This document shows, piece after piece, positions 29,888-38,861 of a stretch of 64,000 nucleotides of DNA. The notes under the pieces are model-generated. The model saw only the letters and a list, made by a program, of their open reading frames with translations. It did no database searches and had not been told where the DNA came from. The first letter of the stretch is position 1; the number at the start of each line of letters is the position of its first letter. Source of the DNA: Candidatus Omnitrophota bacterium (GTDB taxonomy: Bacteria; Omnitrophota; Gorgyraeia; Gorgyraeales; Gorgyraeaceae); contig JBDRBM010000034.1 in assembly GCA_043822665.1 (NCBI GenBank), forward strand, positions 3,757 through 67,756, read 5' to 3'. The position numbers and the translations under genes are program-made.

Positions 29888-31308
29888 TGGAATTAAATAA
29901 ATTAACAGCCCATCGACTCATTGAATTATTAAATAAAAGAGAGATATCGCATATAGAGATATGCGAGAGCATCCTAAAGGCAGTTGAGAAAAAGGACAAA
30001 AAACTCAACGCCATCGTAAATTTTGACAAAGAAAAGGTAATAGAAAGAATTAAAGCGCGTAAAGGCCTGCCTGTTTTTATCAAAGACAATATCTGCGTAA
30101 AAGATGAACTAACCACCTGTTCTTCGAAAATACTTCAGGGTTTTAGGCCCCCCTACAACGCCACTGTAATACAGAAGTTGCTTAAAGAAGACGCGGTGCT
30201 GATGGGAAAGACCAATATGGACGAATTCGCGTTCGGGTCTTCCACAGAGACATCCTGCTATGGCTCTACAAGGAATCCATGGGACCTGGAAAGGATTCCT
30301 GGCGGGTCAAGCGGCGGCTCTGCGGCAAGCGTGGCGGCTGACGAAGCCATATTTGCGCTTGGCTCGGATACGGGCGGCTCGATCAGACAGCCTGCCGCGC
30401 TATGCGGAATCGTTGGCCTAAAACCTACGTATGGAAGAGTTTCTCGGTACGGCCTCATAGCGTTTGCGTCTTCTCTTGACCAGATAGGTACGCTTACCAA
30501 GGACGTTGAGGACGCGGCGATTTTATTGAAGATAATATCAGGCCATGATGAGATGGATTCGACATCCGTTGATATGACAGTCCCTGACTTTCCGGCATTA
30601 ATAAAGAAAGAAATAAAAGGTTTAAAACTGGGAATCCCTAAAGAATATTTTATTGAAGGGATGGACAGGGATGTTAAGGAGTCTCTGTTGAAGGCGATAG
30701 GAAAACTTGAGGAGCTGGGAGCGGTTTGTGAGCATATAAGCCTGCCTCATACAGAATATGCCGTGGCTGTTTATTATTTGGTTGCGACAGCTGAGGCAAG
30801 TTCAAATCTGGCGAGGTTCGACGGCGTACAATATGGCCTGAGGGCTAGCCAGGCAAAGTCGATTCTTGATATGCATAAAAAAACAAGGGGCGAAGGTTTT
30901 GGGGATGAAGCGAAACGCAGGATTATACTTGGGACATTCTCGCTGTCGAGCGGGTATTACGACGCCTATTATTTAAAGGCGTTGAAGGTCAGGACATTGA
31001 TAAAAAAGGATTTTGACCATGTCTTTAATAAATTTGACGCGATAATCACGCCTACTTCTCCGACACCGGCCTTTAAGATAGGCGAAAAGATAAAAGACCC
31101 CCTGACTATGTATCTTTCAGATATATTCACTATATCCGCCAATCTTGCCGGTATACCCGGCATCTCTATACCGTGCGGATTTACTAAAGAAGATTTACCT
31201 ATAGGCCTTCAGATACTCGGACGGCCGTTTGACGAAGAAACGATTTTGAAAATAGCGTATAATTACGAACAGGCTACGGAGTGGCACAAAAGAAAACCAA
31301 ACATATAA
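29887..31308 (+). CDS. gatA: Glu/Asp-tRNA amidotransferase subunit A
   Basis: Amidase signature [14 protein letters not shown]; 473 aa. Confidence 0.95.
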   Translation: MELNKLTAHRLIELLNKREISHIEICESILKAVEKKDKKLNAIVNFDKEKVIERIKARKGLPVFIKDNICVKDELTTCSSKILQGFRPPYNATVIQKLLKEDAVLMGKTNMDEFAFGSSTETSCYGSTRNPWDLERIPGGSSGGSAASVAADEAIFALGSDTGGSIRQPAALCGIVGLKPTYGRVSRYGLIAFASSLDQIGTLTKDVEDAAILLKIISGHDEMDSTSVDMTVPDFPALIKKEIKGLKLGIPKEYFIEGMDRDVKESLLKAIGKLEELGAVCEHISLPHTEYAVAVYYLVATAEASSNLARFDGVQYGLRASQAKSILDMHKKTRGEGFGDEAKRRIILGTFSLSSGYYDAYYLKALKVRTLIKKDFDHVFNKFDAIITPTSPTPAFKIGEKIKDPLTMYLSDIFTISANLAGIPGISIPCGFTKEDLPIGLQILGRPFDEETILKIAYNYEQATEWHKRKPNI

Positions 31309-31325
31309 AGAGGCCTTAGGAAAAC

Positions 31326-32756
31326 ATGTCTTACGAGATAGTTATAGGTTTAGAAGTTCATCTGCAGCTTAAGACAAAGAGTAAGATGTTTTGCGGCTGC
31401 GCCACTGTTTTTGGGGCTTCACCCAATACGCAGACGTGCCCGGTTTGCCTTGGCTTTCCAGGCAGCCTGCCCGTGTTGAATAGAGACGCGCTTAAACTTG
31501 GGGCAAAGGTCGCAATCGCCCTTGACTGTCAGATCGCGGACGAGATAAGGTTTGACAGAAAAAATTATTTTTACCCAGACCTGCCAAAGGCGTATCAGAT
31601 CTCTCAGTTTAGCCAGCCATTGTCACGATACGGATATCTTGTGATATTGACGGGTGAAAAAGAAAAACGCGTCAGCATAACAAGGGTTCATCTGGAAGAG
31701 GATACAGGTAAGCTTTTGCATGGCCAGGATTCGAGTCTCATAGATTTTAATCGCTCAGGCACTCCGCTCCTGGAAATAGTAAGCGGCCCAGACATGAATT
31801 CTCCGGACGAGGCCTATCTATACCTTACGGCCTTAAAATCTATCCTTGAATACATAGATGTGTCTGACTGCAACATGGAAGAGGGCAGTCTTAGATGCGA
31901 CGCGAATATATCTGTCAGAGAAAAAGGCGCCAAAGAGCTAGGCGTAAAAACAGAGATCAAGAACATGAATTCATTTAAGGCAGTAAAATCAGCGCTTGAA
32001 TATGAGGCCGCCAGGCAGATTGAATTACTCGAAAGCGGGATAAAGATTATGCAGGAGACAAGGCTTTTTGATTCAGCAAGGGGGATCACTGAACCCATGC
32101 GCTCAAAAGAAGAGGCGCATGATTACAGGTATTTTTCTGAGCCGGATCTCGTTCCTTTTGATTTTGAGAGGAGTATTTTAGAGTATATCGAAAAAGAGAT
32201 GCCAGAGCTCCCAGAGCCCAAGAAAAGGAGATTTATAAAAGAATACAGGCTTTCTGAATATGACGCCGCGGTCCTGGTCAGTGATAAGGCTTTAGCCGAT
32301 TATTTTGAAAAATGCGCATCCTCCCACAATAACCCTAAAACAATCTCTAACTGGATTATGGGCGATATCTCAGCTTACATGAAAGAAAATAACCTGACAA
32401 TTGACCTATTAGGCTTGAAAAGCGAATATCTTACAGGTATGCTTGATATGATAGATAAGGGTATTATAAGCGGCAAGATCGCTAAATCTCTTTTGATCGA
32501 TATAATACAAACAGGCAAGGACCCTTACTTGCTTGTAAAGGAAAAAGGCCTTGAGCAGATTGCTGATCCAAGTCAGATTGAGGAAGCGATAGACTATGTC
32601 ATAACAGAGAATCAAAAGATAGTAGATGACTTCAGAGGCGGAAAAGAAAATGCCATGGTGGCTCTTGTTGGAAAGGTAATGGCCAAAACAAAAGGCAAGG
32701 CGAATCCGCAAAAGGTAAACGAGATATTGAGAAAAAAAATGAAAGGAAAACCATGA
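31326..32756 (+). CDS. gatB: Glu/Asp-tRNA amidotransferase subunit B
   Basis: MSYEIVIGLEVHLQLKTKSKMFCGC N-terminus; 476 aa. Confidence 0.95.
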   Translation: MSYEIVIGLEVHLQLKTKSKMFCGCATVFGASPNTQTCPVCLGFPGSLPVLNRDALKLGAKVAIALDCQIADEIRFDRKNYFYPDLPKAYQISQFSQPLSRYGYLVILTGEKEKRVSITRVHLEEDTGKLLHGQDSSLIDFNRSGTPLLEIVSGPDMNSPDEAYLYLTALKSILEYIDVSDCNMEEGSLRCDANISVREKGAKELGVKTEIKNMNSFKAVKSALEYEAARQIELLESGIKIMQETRLFDSARGITEPMRSKEEAHDYRYFSEPDLVPFDFERSILEYIEKEMPELPEPKKRRFIKEYRLSEYDAAVLVSDKALADYFEKCASSHNNPKTISNWIMGDISAYMKENNLTIDLLGLKSEYLTGMLDMIDKGIISGKIAKSLLIDIIQTGKDPYLLVKEKGLEQIADPSQIEEAIDYVITENQKIVDDFRGGKENAMVALVGKVMAKTKGKANPQKVNEILRKKMKGKP

Positions 32757-34027
32757 ACAAGAAATTTGCATTGACTGTAGGCGTGGTATGTTTTGCCTGT
32801 GGCCTTATGATTTCAGGCATAGGCCTTGCTGAAAAAACAAAGAAGACAGGTGACCTGTATAAAGAACTTGAGCTTTTCTCTGACGCGGTCAGTATAATAC
32901 GGTCTGATTATGTGGAAGAACCTCAGGCAAAAGATCTCATATACGGAGCGCTCAAGGGCATGTTGTCCTCACTGGATCCATATAGTCAGTTTATGAACCC
33001 GGATACCTATAACGAGATGAAGATAGAGACAGAAGGCGAATTCGGGGGGATAGGCATAGAGATTACGATACAGGACGACCTCCTGACTATAATATCGCCC
33101 ATAGATGACACACCTGCCTTTGTGGCAGGGTTAAAGGCCGGCGACAAGATAGTTAAAATCGATGGCGAGATAACAAGAGACCTGACGCTTATCGAGGCAG
33201 TAAAAAAATTAAGAGGCTCCCCAGGGACAAATGTTGATATTACAGTTCTCAGGGACTCTGAAAAAAAGCTTCTGGATTTTTCAATCACGAGGTCTATAAT
33301 CAAAATAGACAGCATCAAGAAGGCAGAGATAATAGAGCCGGGCATAGGGCACATAAGGCTTGTGGAGTTCCAGGAAAAGACACAAAGAGATCTGGAGCAA
33401 AGCCTCAGGGATCTGGAAGCCCATGACATGAAAGGCCTTATACTTGACCTGAGAAATAATCCCGGAGGCCTGCTCGACTCTGCTGTAGACGTGGCGGGTA
33501 AATTTTTAGAAGAAGGCAAAACTATCGTCTCTACAAAAGGCCGCGTCGAAAATCAAAATCTTTTATTCAAGTCAAAGAACAAAAATAAACACCTCGACTA
33601 CCCTATAATTGTGCTGGTAAACGGAGGCAGCGCATCGGCTTCAGAGATTGTAGCCGGCGCGATACAGGATAACAAGCGCGGCCTAATAATGGGGACGAAA
33701 AGCTTTGGAAAAGGGTCTGTTCAGACTGTGGTGCCTATGTCGGATGGTTCCGCGGTGCGGCTCACGACGAGTAAATACTTTACGCCGAGCGGCCGCTCCA
33801 TACACGGTGAAGGTATAATGCCTGACATAGTAATAGAATACAAGGATGTTTCGAGCAGGGAAAAGGCAGAAGGCAGGGATACTTTAAATATATTCAAGGA
33901 ATTAACAGAAACCGAAAAGGCCGGGGAAAAAGAAAAGGAAGTCGATAGCAAGAAAAAAGAATACGACAATCAGGTTTTAGGCGCGGTAGATGTATTGAAA
34001 GGGATAATAATTTACGGAGCAAGATAA
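32753..34027 (+). CDS. ctpA: Carboxy-terminal processing protease (S41)
   Basis: TM/signal N-terminus, PDZ region (FGGIGIEI), ILDLRNNPGGLL, NGGSASASEIVAGA and KSFGKGSVQ. Confidence 0.9.
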   Translation: MNKKFALTVGVVCFACGLMISGIGLAEKTKKTGDLYKELELFSDAVSIIRSDYVEEPQAKDLIYGALKGMLSSLDPYSQFMNPDTYNEMKIETEGEFGGIGIEITIQDDLLTIISPIDDTPAFVAGLKAGDKIVKIDGEITRDLTLIEAVKKLRGSPGTNVDITVLRDSEKKLLDFSITRSIIKIDSIKKAEIIEPGIGHIRLVEFQEKTQRDLEQSLRDLEAHDMKGLILDLRNNPGGLLDSAVDVAGKFLEEGKTIVSTKGRVENQNLLFKSKNKNKHLDYPIIVLVNGGSASASEIVAGAIQDNKRGLIMGTKSFGKGSVQTVVPMSDGSAVRLTTSKYFTPSGRSIHGEGIMPDIVIEYKDVSSREKAEGRDTLNIFKELTETEKAGEKEKEVDSKKKEYDNQVLGAVDVLKGIIIYGAR

Positions 34028-34033
34028 ATTAAT

Positions 34034-35020
34034 ATGTTAATACTCGGCATTGAGACTTCATGTGATGAGACAGCGGCAAGCGTTGTAAAAGACGGAAAAA
34101 AAATACTCTCTAATATTGTTTCTTCGAGCCTGAAGTATCATAGGAGGTTCGGCGGAGTTATCCCGGAGATAGCCACAAGGCACCATGCTGAAAACATAGA
34201 CAAAGTAGTCAATGGTTCTTTATATGCGGCCGGTGTCAATATAAAAGATATAGATGCCATTGCCGTAACTCAGGGGCCGGGGCTTATAGGAGCGCTGCTA
34301 GTAGGTATCTCATGCGCTAAGGCTATTGCTTATAGCCTTGATATCCCGCTAGTGGCAGTTGACCATGTAAAAGCGCATGTATACTCAGCCTTGATGAGTT
34401 CTAAGGACATAGAATTTCCTTTTATAGGTCTTGTTATATCAGGGGGACATACCAGGATTTTACTGGTTGAGGGTTTTGACAGATTTAAAGTCTTGGGAGA
34501 CACATTGGATGACGCGATTGGCGAGGCATATGATAAAGTGGCAAAGATATTGGGTATGGGATATCCGGGCGGCCCTGTCATAGATAGCCTTGCTAAAAAA
34601 GGGGACCCTAAGGCGGTAAGGTTTACATGCAGAGGCGTTAACGGCGGTTTGGATTTTAGTTTCAGCGGGATAAAGACAGCGGTTTTGTATTACACAAGAG
34701 AACAAAAATTAAAAGACAGGGGGCAAAAGGCAAATATTGCGGCAAGTTTCCAAGAGGCTGTTTTGAGCGTGGTTGTGAGTAATTGTTTAAAGGCCATTGA
34801 GAAACACAAAATAAACACCTTGGTTATCGGCGGCGGAGTCAGCGCTAATTCAAGGTTTAGGGCAATGATACAAGAAGAGGCGTTTTTTAAAGGGTTCCAT
34901 GCGTTTTTTCCGCCGATAGAGTTATGTTCGGATAACGCGGCGATGGTAGCAGGCCTGGCCTGCAGACTTTATAAAATTGGCATTAAATCAAGACTTGACA
35001 TAACCGCCCAAGCCTTGTAA
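34034..35020 (+). CDS. tsaD: tRNA N6-adenosine threonylcarbamoyltransferase
   Basis: MLILGIETSCDETAASV; 328 aa; Kae1/Gcp family pattern. Confidence 0.93.
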   Translation: MLILGIETSCDETAASVVKDGKKILSNIVSSSLKYHRRFGGVIPEIATRHHAENIDKVVNGSLYAAGVNIKDIDAIAVTQGPGLIGALLVGISCAKAIAYSLDIPLVAVDHVKAHVYSALMSSKDIEFPFIGLVISGGHTRILLVEGFDRFKVLGDTLDDAIGEAYDKVAKILGMGYPGGPVIDSLAKKGDPKAVRFTCRGVNGGLDFSFSGIKTAVLYYTREQKLKDRGQKANIAASFQEAVLSVVVSNCLKAIEKHKINTLVIGGGVSANSRFRAMIQEEAFFKGFHAFFPPIELCSDNAAMVAGLACRLYKIGIKSRLDITAQAL

Positions 35021-35028
35021 GGGGAAGA

Positions 35029-35090
35029 TTAACTTAAGGAGTATAGGAAATACCTCTTTACAAGCAGCGCCTCATGCTGCTTAACTTAAC
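35029..35090 (+). repeat. Related short intergenic element flanked by TTAACTTAA direct repeats
   Basis: TTAACTTAA (35029-35037), GAGTATAGGAAATACCTCTTT box, AAGCAGC..GCTGCTT hairpin and TTAACTTAAC (35081-35090). Confidence 0.65.
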
Positions 35091-35112
35091 ATTAATTCTT
35101 AGGAGGCAAAAC

Positions 35113-35544
35113 ATGCTTACTAATTCCCAGATAATATTAAGGCTTGTCGCAGGGGCAATTTTAGGGGGCCTTATAGGTTTTGAAAGAGAAAAACATAATA
35201 GAAAGATAGCAGGCTTCAGGACCCACATACTTGTATGCGTTGGTTCTACGCTGATTATGCTTACCTCTATCTATGTTTTTGAGATCTATGGGGCTCATGC
35301 GTCTGTTGATCCGTCAAGGATAGCCGCCGGCGTAATAACAGGCATCGGCTTCCTTGGCGCAGGCACAATCATACGGTCCAGCACTACAGTCACTGGCCTT
35401 ACTACAGCGGCAAGCCTGTGGACTGTTTCCGGAATAGGCCTGGCTGTTGGCTGCGGGTTTTATATTGCTGGTTTTGTCACAGTCATGATAGTGCTGGCAG
35501 CTCTGTATTTATTGAGAAAACTCCCTATAATAGAAGAAAAATAG
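35113..35544 (+). CDS. MgtC/SapB family membrane protein
   Basis: GFEREKHNRKIAGFRTHILVCVGS. AGGAGG SD lies 6 nt before ATG 35113; the track ORF starts earlier, inside a repeat element. Confidence 0.85.
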   Translation: MLTNSQIILRLVAGAILGGLIGFEREKHNRKIAGFRTHILVCVGSTLIMLTSIYVFEIYGAHASVDPSRIAAGVITGIGFLGAGTIIRSSTTVTGLTTAASLWTVSGIGLAVGCGFYIAGFVTVMIVLAALYLLRKLPIIEEK

Positions 35545-35560
35545 GGGGAAAGGAGGGCGT

Positions 35561-36079
35561 ATGGCCCGGAGGGACAGAACAGAACAAAAGATACTGGACG
35601 TTGATGCCAGCATGCAGGGTACACTGACCTTTAAAGATCCCGTGAACCTTAGAATAAACGGCAGCTTTGAAGGCAGGCTGGATACCAAAGGAAGCCTTAT
35701 TATAGGCGAAAATGCTGTGATCCGAGCAGATATAAACGGAGAAGAGATAATTATCGGAGGGAGGGTTATTGGCAATATCGCGGCCCAGAAGCAGCTTCAA
35801 GCGCTTTCGCGCGCTCATATTGTTGGGGATATCACGACGCCTATCTTGAGCGTTGAATCAGGAGCTGTTATTCAAGGGAAATGCAATATGCTTGGCAGTC
35901 CTGGCAAGGCAGGTAATATATTTAACGCGGAACAACTTGCCAAATACCTGGAGGTCGAGGTGTCTAATATACTGAACTGGGCTGATTCAGGAAAGATCCC
36001 TGCTTTTAAAGAAGGCAATGACTGGATGTTTGACAGGGGCATGATAGACGAATGGATAGCTAAAGAAAAAGCAAAGTAA
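35561..36079 (+). CDS. Bactofilin-domain protein fused to a C-terminal excisionase-type helix-turn-helix
   Basis: Bactofilin beta-helix repeats GTLTFKDPVNLRINGSFEGRLDTKGSLIIGENAVIRADINGEEIIIGGRVIGNI. The C-terminal AEQLAKYLEVEVSNILNWADSGKIPAFKEGNDWMFDRGMIDEWI fits the HTH_17/MerR-excisionase pattern. Confidence 0.75.
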   Translation: MARRDRTEQKILDVDASMQGTLTFKDPVNLRINGSFEGRLDTKGSLIIGENAVIRADINGEEIIIGGRVIGNIAAQKQLQALSRAHIVGDITTPILSVESGAVIQGKCNMLGSPGKAGNIFNAEQLAKYLEVEVSNILNWADSGKIPAFKEGNDWMFDRGMIDEWIAKEKAK

Positions 36080-36137
36080 GTGATGGCATGATCCGCCGCG
36101 GGTGGATAAAGATATGGAATAGGGATTAGATAACGAT

Positions 36138-36431
36138 ATGATGAAGAAGTTTTTGACCTTAAAAGAGGCGGCGGATTACATGGGCTTAGCCGAGAACGAG
36201 TTAGAAAGGCTGACAAACGAAGATGCTGTCCCATCCTACAAGATCGGCGGGATTTACACCAGGTATAGAATAGACGATTTGAGAACCTATGGCCGCAAGG
36301 CCCTTCGCGGGGTACGCCATAAATATTCAGTTAGTCTGCCAGACAGAATAAAGGACTTTTTTTATTTCAATGATTTTTATATTATCTCCATAGCCGTTAT
36401 TATAGTTATTATATACTTCATTTTTAAGTAA
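36138..36431 (+). CDS. Excisionase-type HTH protein with a C-terminal transmembrane anchor
   Basis: LTLKEAADYMGLAENELERLTNEDAVPSYKIGGIYTRYRIDDL (HTH_17 pattern), then the hydrophobic tail FYIISIAVIIVIIYFIF. Confidence 0.65.
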   Translation: MMKKFLTLKEAADYMGLAENELERLTNEDAVPSYKIGGIYTRYRIDDLRTYGRKALRGVRHKYSVSLPDRIKDFFYFNDFYIISIAVIIVIIYFIFK

Positions 36432-36438
36432 ATTAGAT

Positions 36439-37182
36439 ATGGATTCCCGAAAATCTATAGAGAAGCTGCTTAGAGATTTGAGCGCTAATAAAATTACCCC
36501 GGATAGAGCCTTCAGCGCTTTAAGGGACCTTCCTTATAAGGATTTAAAATTCGCAAAATTAGACCACCACAGATTGCTGCGTAAGGGCTTTGGCGAGGTT
36601 GTTTATTGCGAGGGCAAAGCCCCTGATCACATAAAGAAGATAGTGTTGGATATAACAAAGAGAAACGGACAGGTTTTTTTAACGCGCGCCAGCAAGCCCC
36701 TCTTTGAATACTTAAAAAAAGATTATGATTTTTTGAAATACAATGAATTGGCCAGGATAATCTACACAAAGAAACAAAGGCCAAAGAGTAAAAAGACCGT
36801 CCTTATATTGACAGCGGGTACGAGTGATATACCTGTGGCTGAGGAAGCGAGGATGACCCTTGAAATTATGGGGAACAGAGTAAAGGTGGTCTATGATGTA
36901 GGCGTAGCAGGTATACACAGGCTGTTTGACAGGATTAACGACATTTCAAGGGCAAATGTAATCATAGTAGTTGCCGGCATGGAGGGTGCTCTTGCGAGTG
37001 TTGTGGCCGGCCTTACAGAAAAGCCTGTTATAGCTGTGCCTACAAGCGTAGGCTATGGTTCGAGTTTTAAGGGTATAGCGCCATTATTGACCATGATGAA
37101 CTGCTGTTCGCCAGGAGTTTCAGTGGTAAATATAGATAATGGCTTTGGCGCGGGCTACTTCGCCTCCCTGATCAATAAATAA
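36439..37182 (+). CDS. larB: LarB-type (PurE-like) nickel-pincer cofactor biosynthesis carboxylase
   Basis: LTAGTSDIPVAEEA, VAGMEGALASVVAG and PVIAVPTSVGYG. 247 aa. Confidence 0.78.
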   Translation: MDSRKSIEKLLRDLSANKITPDRAFSALRDLPYKDLKFAKLDHHRLLRKGFGEVVYCEGKAPDHIKKIVLDITKRNGQVFLTRASKPLFEYLKKDYDFLKYNELARIIYTKKQRPKSKKTVLILTAGTSDIPVAEEARMTLEIMGNRVKVVYDVGVAGIHRLFDRINDISRANVIIVVAGMEGALASVVAGLTEKPVIAVPTSVGYGSSFKGIAPLLTMMNCCSPGVSVVNIDNGFGAGYFASLINK

Positions 37183-37199
37183 CCCTAGAGGCTGCTAGA

Positions 37200-38861
37200 T
37201 TGATACGAAAACAGGATATAATAAAAGAACTTGTTAAAAATATCGGGCTCATGGATGACGAGAAGATAAAAAAGGCCCTCGATGAGCAGATAGAAACCAA
37301 AGCCAGTTTTGTAAGTGTCCTGACTAAATTAGGATATATACCAAATCAGAAGGTAGGCAAGACGCTTGTGCCGCAGACAGGTATTTTGCCGGTGTCAGTA
37401 GATCCTAAAGATATAGAAAAGAATCTCTTAAACCTCCTGCCGTCTAATATCGCGCTGACTCACAGGATAGTACCCTTGAAGCAGGAAATTGGCAGACTTA
37501 TTATAGGAACAGATGAGGTGTTAAATTTTCTCGCGGAGGGTAATCTTGAAGCCATGATAGGTTTGCCTATTGAGCTGGAATTAATGCAATCCAAGGCCCT
37601 GGACGCTGTATTGAACGAATTGTATGCCGCCAAAGAAAAATCTAACATGGATATCGAGAAGGTATCTGAAAATATAAAAGAGACAAAGGGCGTAGACGAC
37701 GCGCCCATAATAAAACTGGTAAATATTATAATAAGCGAGGCGGTTAAAAAAAGGGCCAGCGATATACATATCGAGCCGCTGGAAAATAAATTCCGTGTCC
37801 GTTACAGGATAGACGGGATTTTGCATAATGTGCCCGCGCCGCCTAAAAGACTGCAGGGCTCTATTATAAGCAGGGTAAAGATCATGGCAGGCATGGACAT
37901 AGCTGAAAAACGCCTTCCCCAGGACGGCAGGATAAAGATCGCGCTCGATAGAAAAGAACTGGACCTAAGGGTTTCCAGTCTTCCTGGCATACATGGTGAA
38001 AGCATTGTGATGAGGATACTTGACAATTCTAGTTTTCTCGTGGGACTTGAGGATTTGGGATTTATACCTGACCATCGGAAGGAATTTGAGAAGTTGATAA
38101 ATATGCCAAACGGCATGATACTTGTAACAGGGCCGACCGGAAGCGGCAAGACCACAACGCTATACGCGACACTTAGCCACATAAATCAGAAAGAACGTAA
38201 AGTGATTACGATAGAGGATCCCGTTGAATATCAGCTTGACGGTATTAACCAGGTCCAGGTAAAGCCGCAGATCGGGCTTACGTTTGCCAGCGGCCTCAGG
38301 TCCATGTTAAGACAGGCCCCCGACATTATAATGGTTGGAGAAATAAGGGATATGGAGACCGCGCAGATAGCGATACAATCCGCTCTGACAGGGCATTTGA
38401 TATTTAGCACCCTTCATACAAATGACGCTGTGAGCGCGGTCGCAAGGTTGATTGACATGGGTGTAAAGAGTTATCTTGTTGCCTCGACTGTCCAGTGCAT
38501 ACTTGCCCAGAGACTTGTGAGGACTCTGTGCGCTTCGTGCAGGGTGTCTTACAAGCCCACTGACAAAGAGAAGCAAATACTTTCTTTGCCTCAGGAAGAA
38601 GAAAACGACCTGGAGCTTTACGAGGGCAAGGGCTGCCCTGCCTGCAGCAATACAGGATTCAGGGGGCGTATAGGTATATATGAGCTTTTTGTGATGACGG
38701 ATGAAATAAGGGAGATGGTCTTAAGCAGCGCTTCGAGTTCAGATGTATTTAATAAGGCCAGGCAGCTTGGCATGAGGACACTTAAAGAAGATGGCCTTGA
38801 AAAGGTGAAAAGGGGATATACAACTATTCAGGAAGTCATGAGGGTCACGCAAGATGCCTAA
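37200..38861 (+). CDS. GspE/PilB-family secretion ATPase, copy 1
   Basis: N-terminal T2SSE_N/MshEN-like domain. Walker A GPTGSGKTTTLYA, ITIEDPVEYQL, IIMVGEIRD and GHLIFSTLHTND. Tetracysteine CASC...CPAC. TTG start. Confidence 0.9.
   Translation: MIRKQDIIKELVKNIGLMDDEKIKKALDEQIETKASFVSVLTKLGYIPNQKVGKTLVPQTGILPVSVDPKDIEKNLLNLLPSNIALTHRIVPLKQEIGRLIIGTDEVLNFLAEGNLEAMIGLPIELELMQSKALDAVLNELYAAKEKSNMDIEKVSENIKETKGVDDAPIIKLVNIIISEAVKKRASDIHIEPLENKFRVRYRIDGILHNVPAPPKRLQGSIISRVKIMAGMDIAEKRLPQDGRIKIALDRKELDLRVSSLPGIHGESIVMRILDNSSFLVGLEDLGFIPDHRKEFEKLINMPNGMILVTGPTGSGKTTTLYATLSHINQKERKVITIEDPVEYQLDGINQVQVKPQIGLTFASGLRSMLRQAPDIIMVGEIRDMETAQIAIQSALTGHLIFSTLHTNDAVSAVARLIDMGVKSYLVASTVQCILAQRLVRTLCASCRVSYKPTDKEKQILSLPQEEENDLELYEGKGCPACSNTGFRGRIGIYELFVMTDEIREMVLSSASSSDVFNKARQLGMRTLKEDGLEKVKRGYTTIQEVMRVTQDA

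Noticed and set aside
8781-35090. Possibility that the recurring intergenic repeats form a CRISPR array
   Set aside because: The copies are kilobases apart, separated by housekeeping genes, unequal in length and internally palindromic in a modular way. No regular repeat-spacer periodicity and no cas genes are present.
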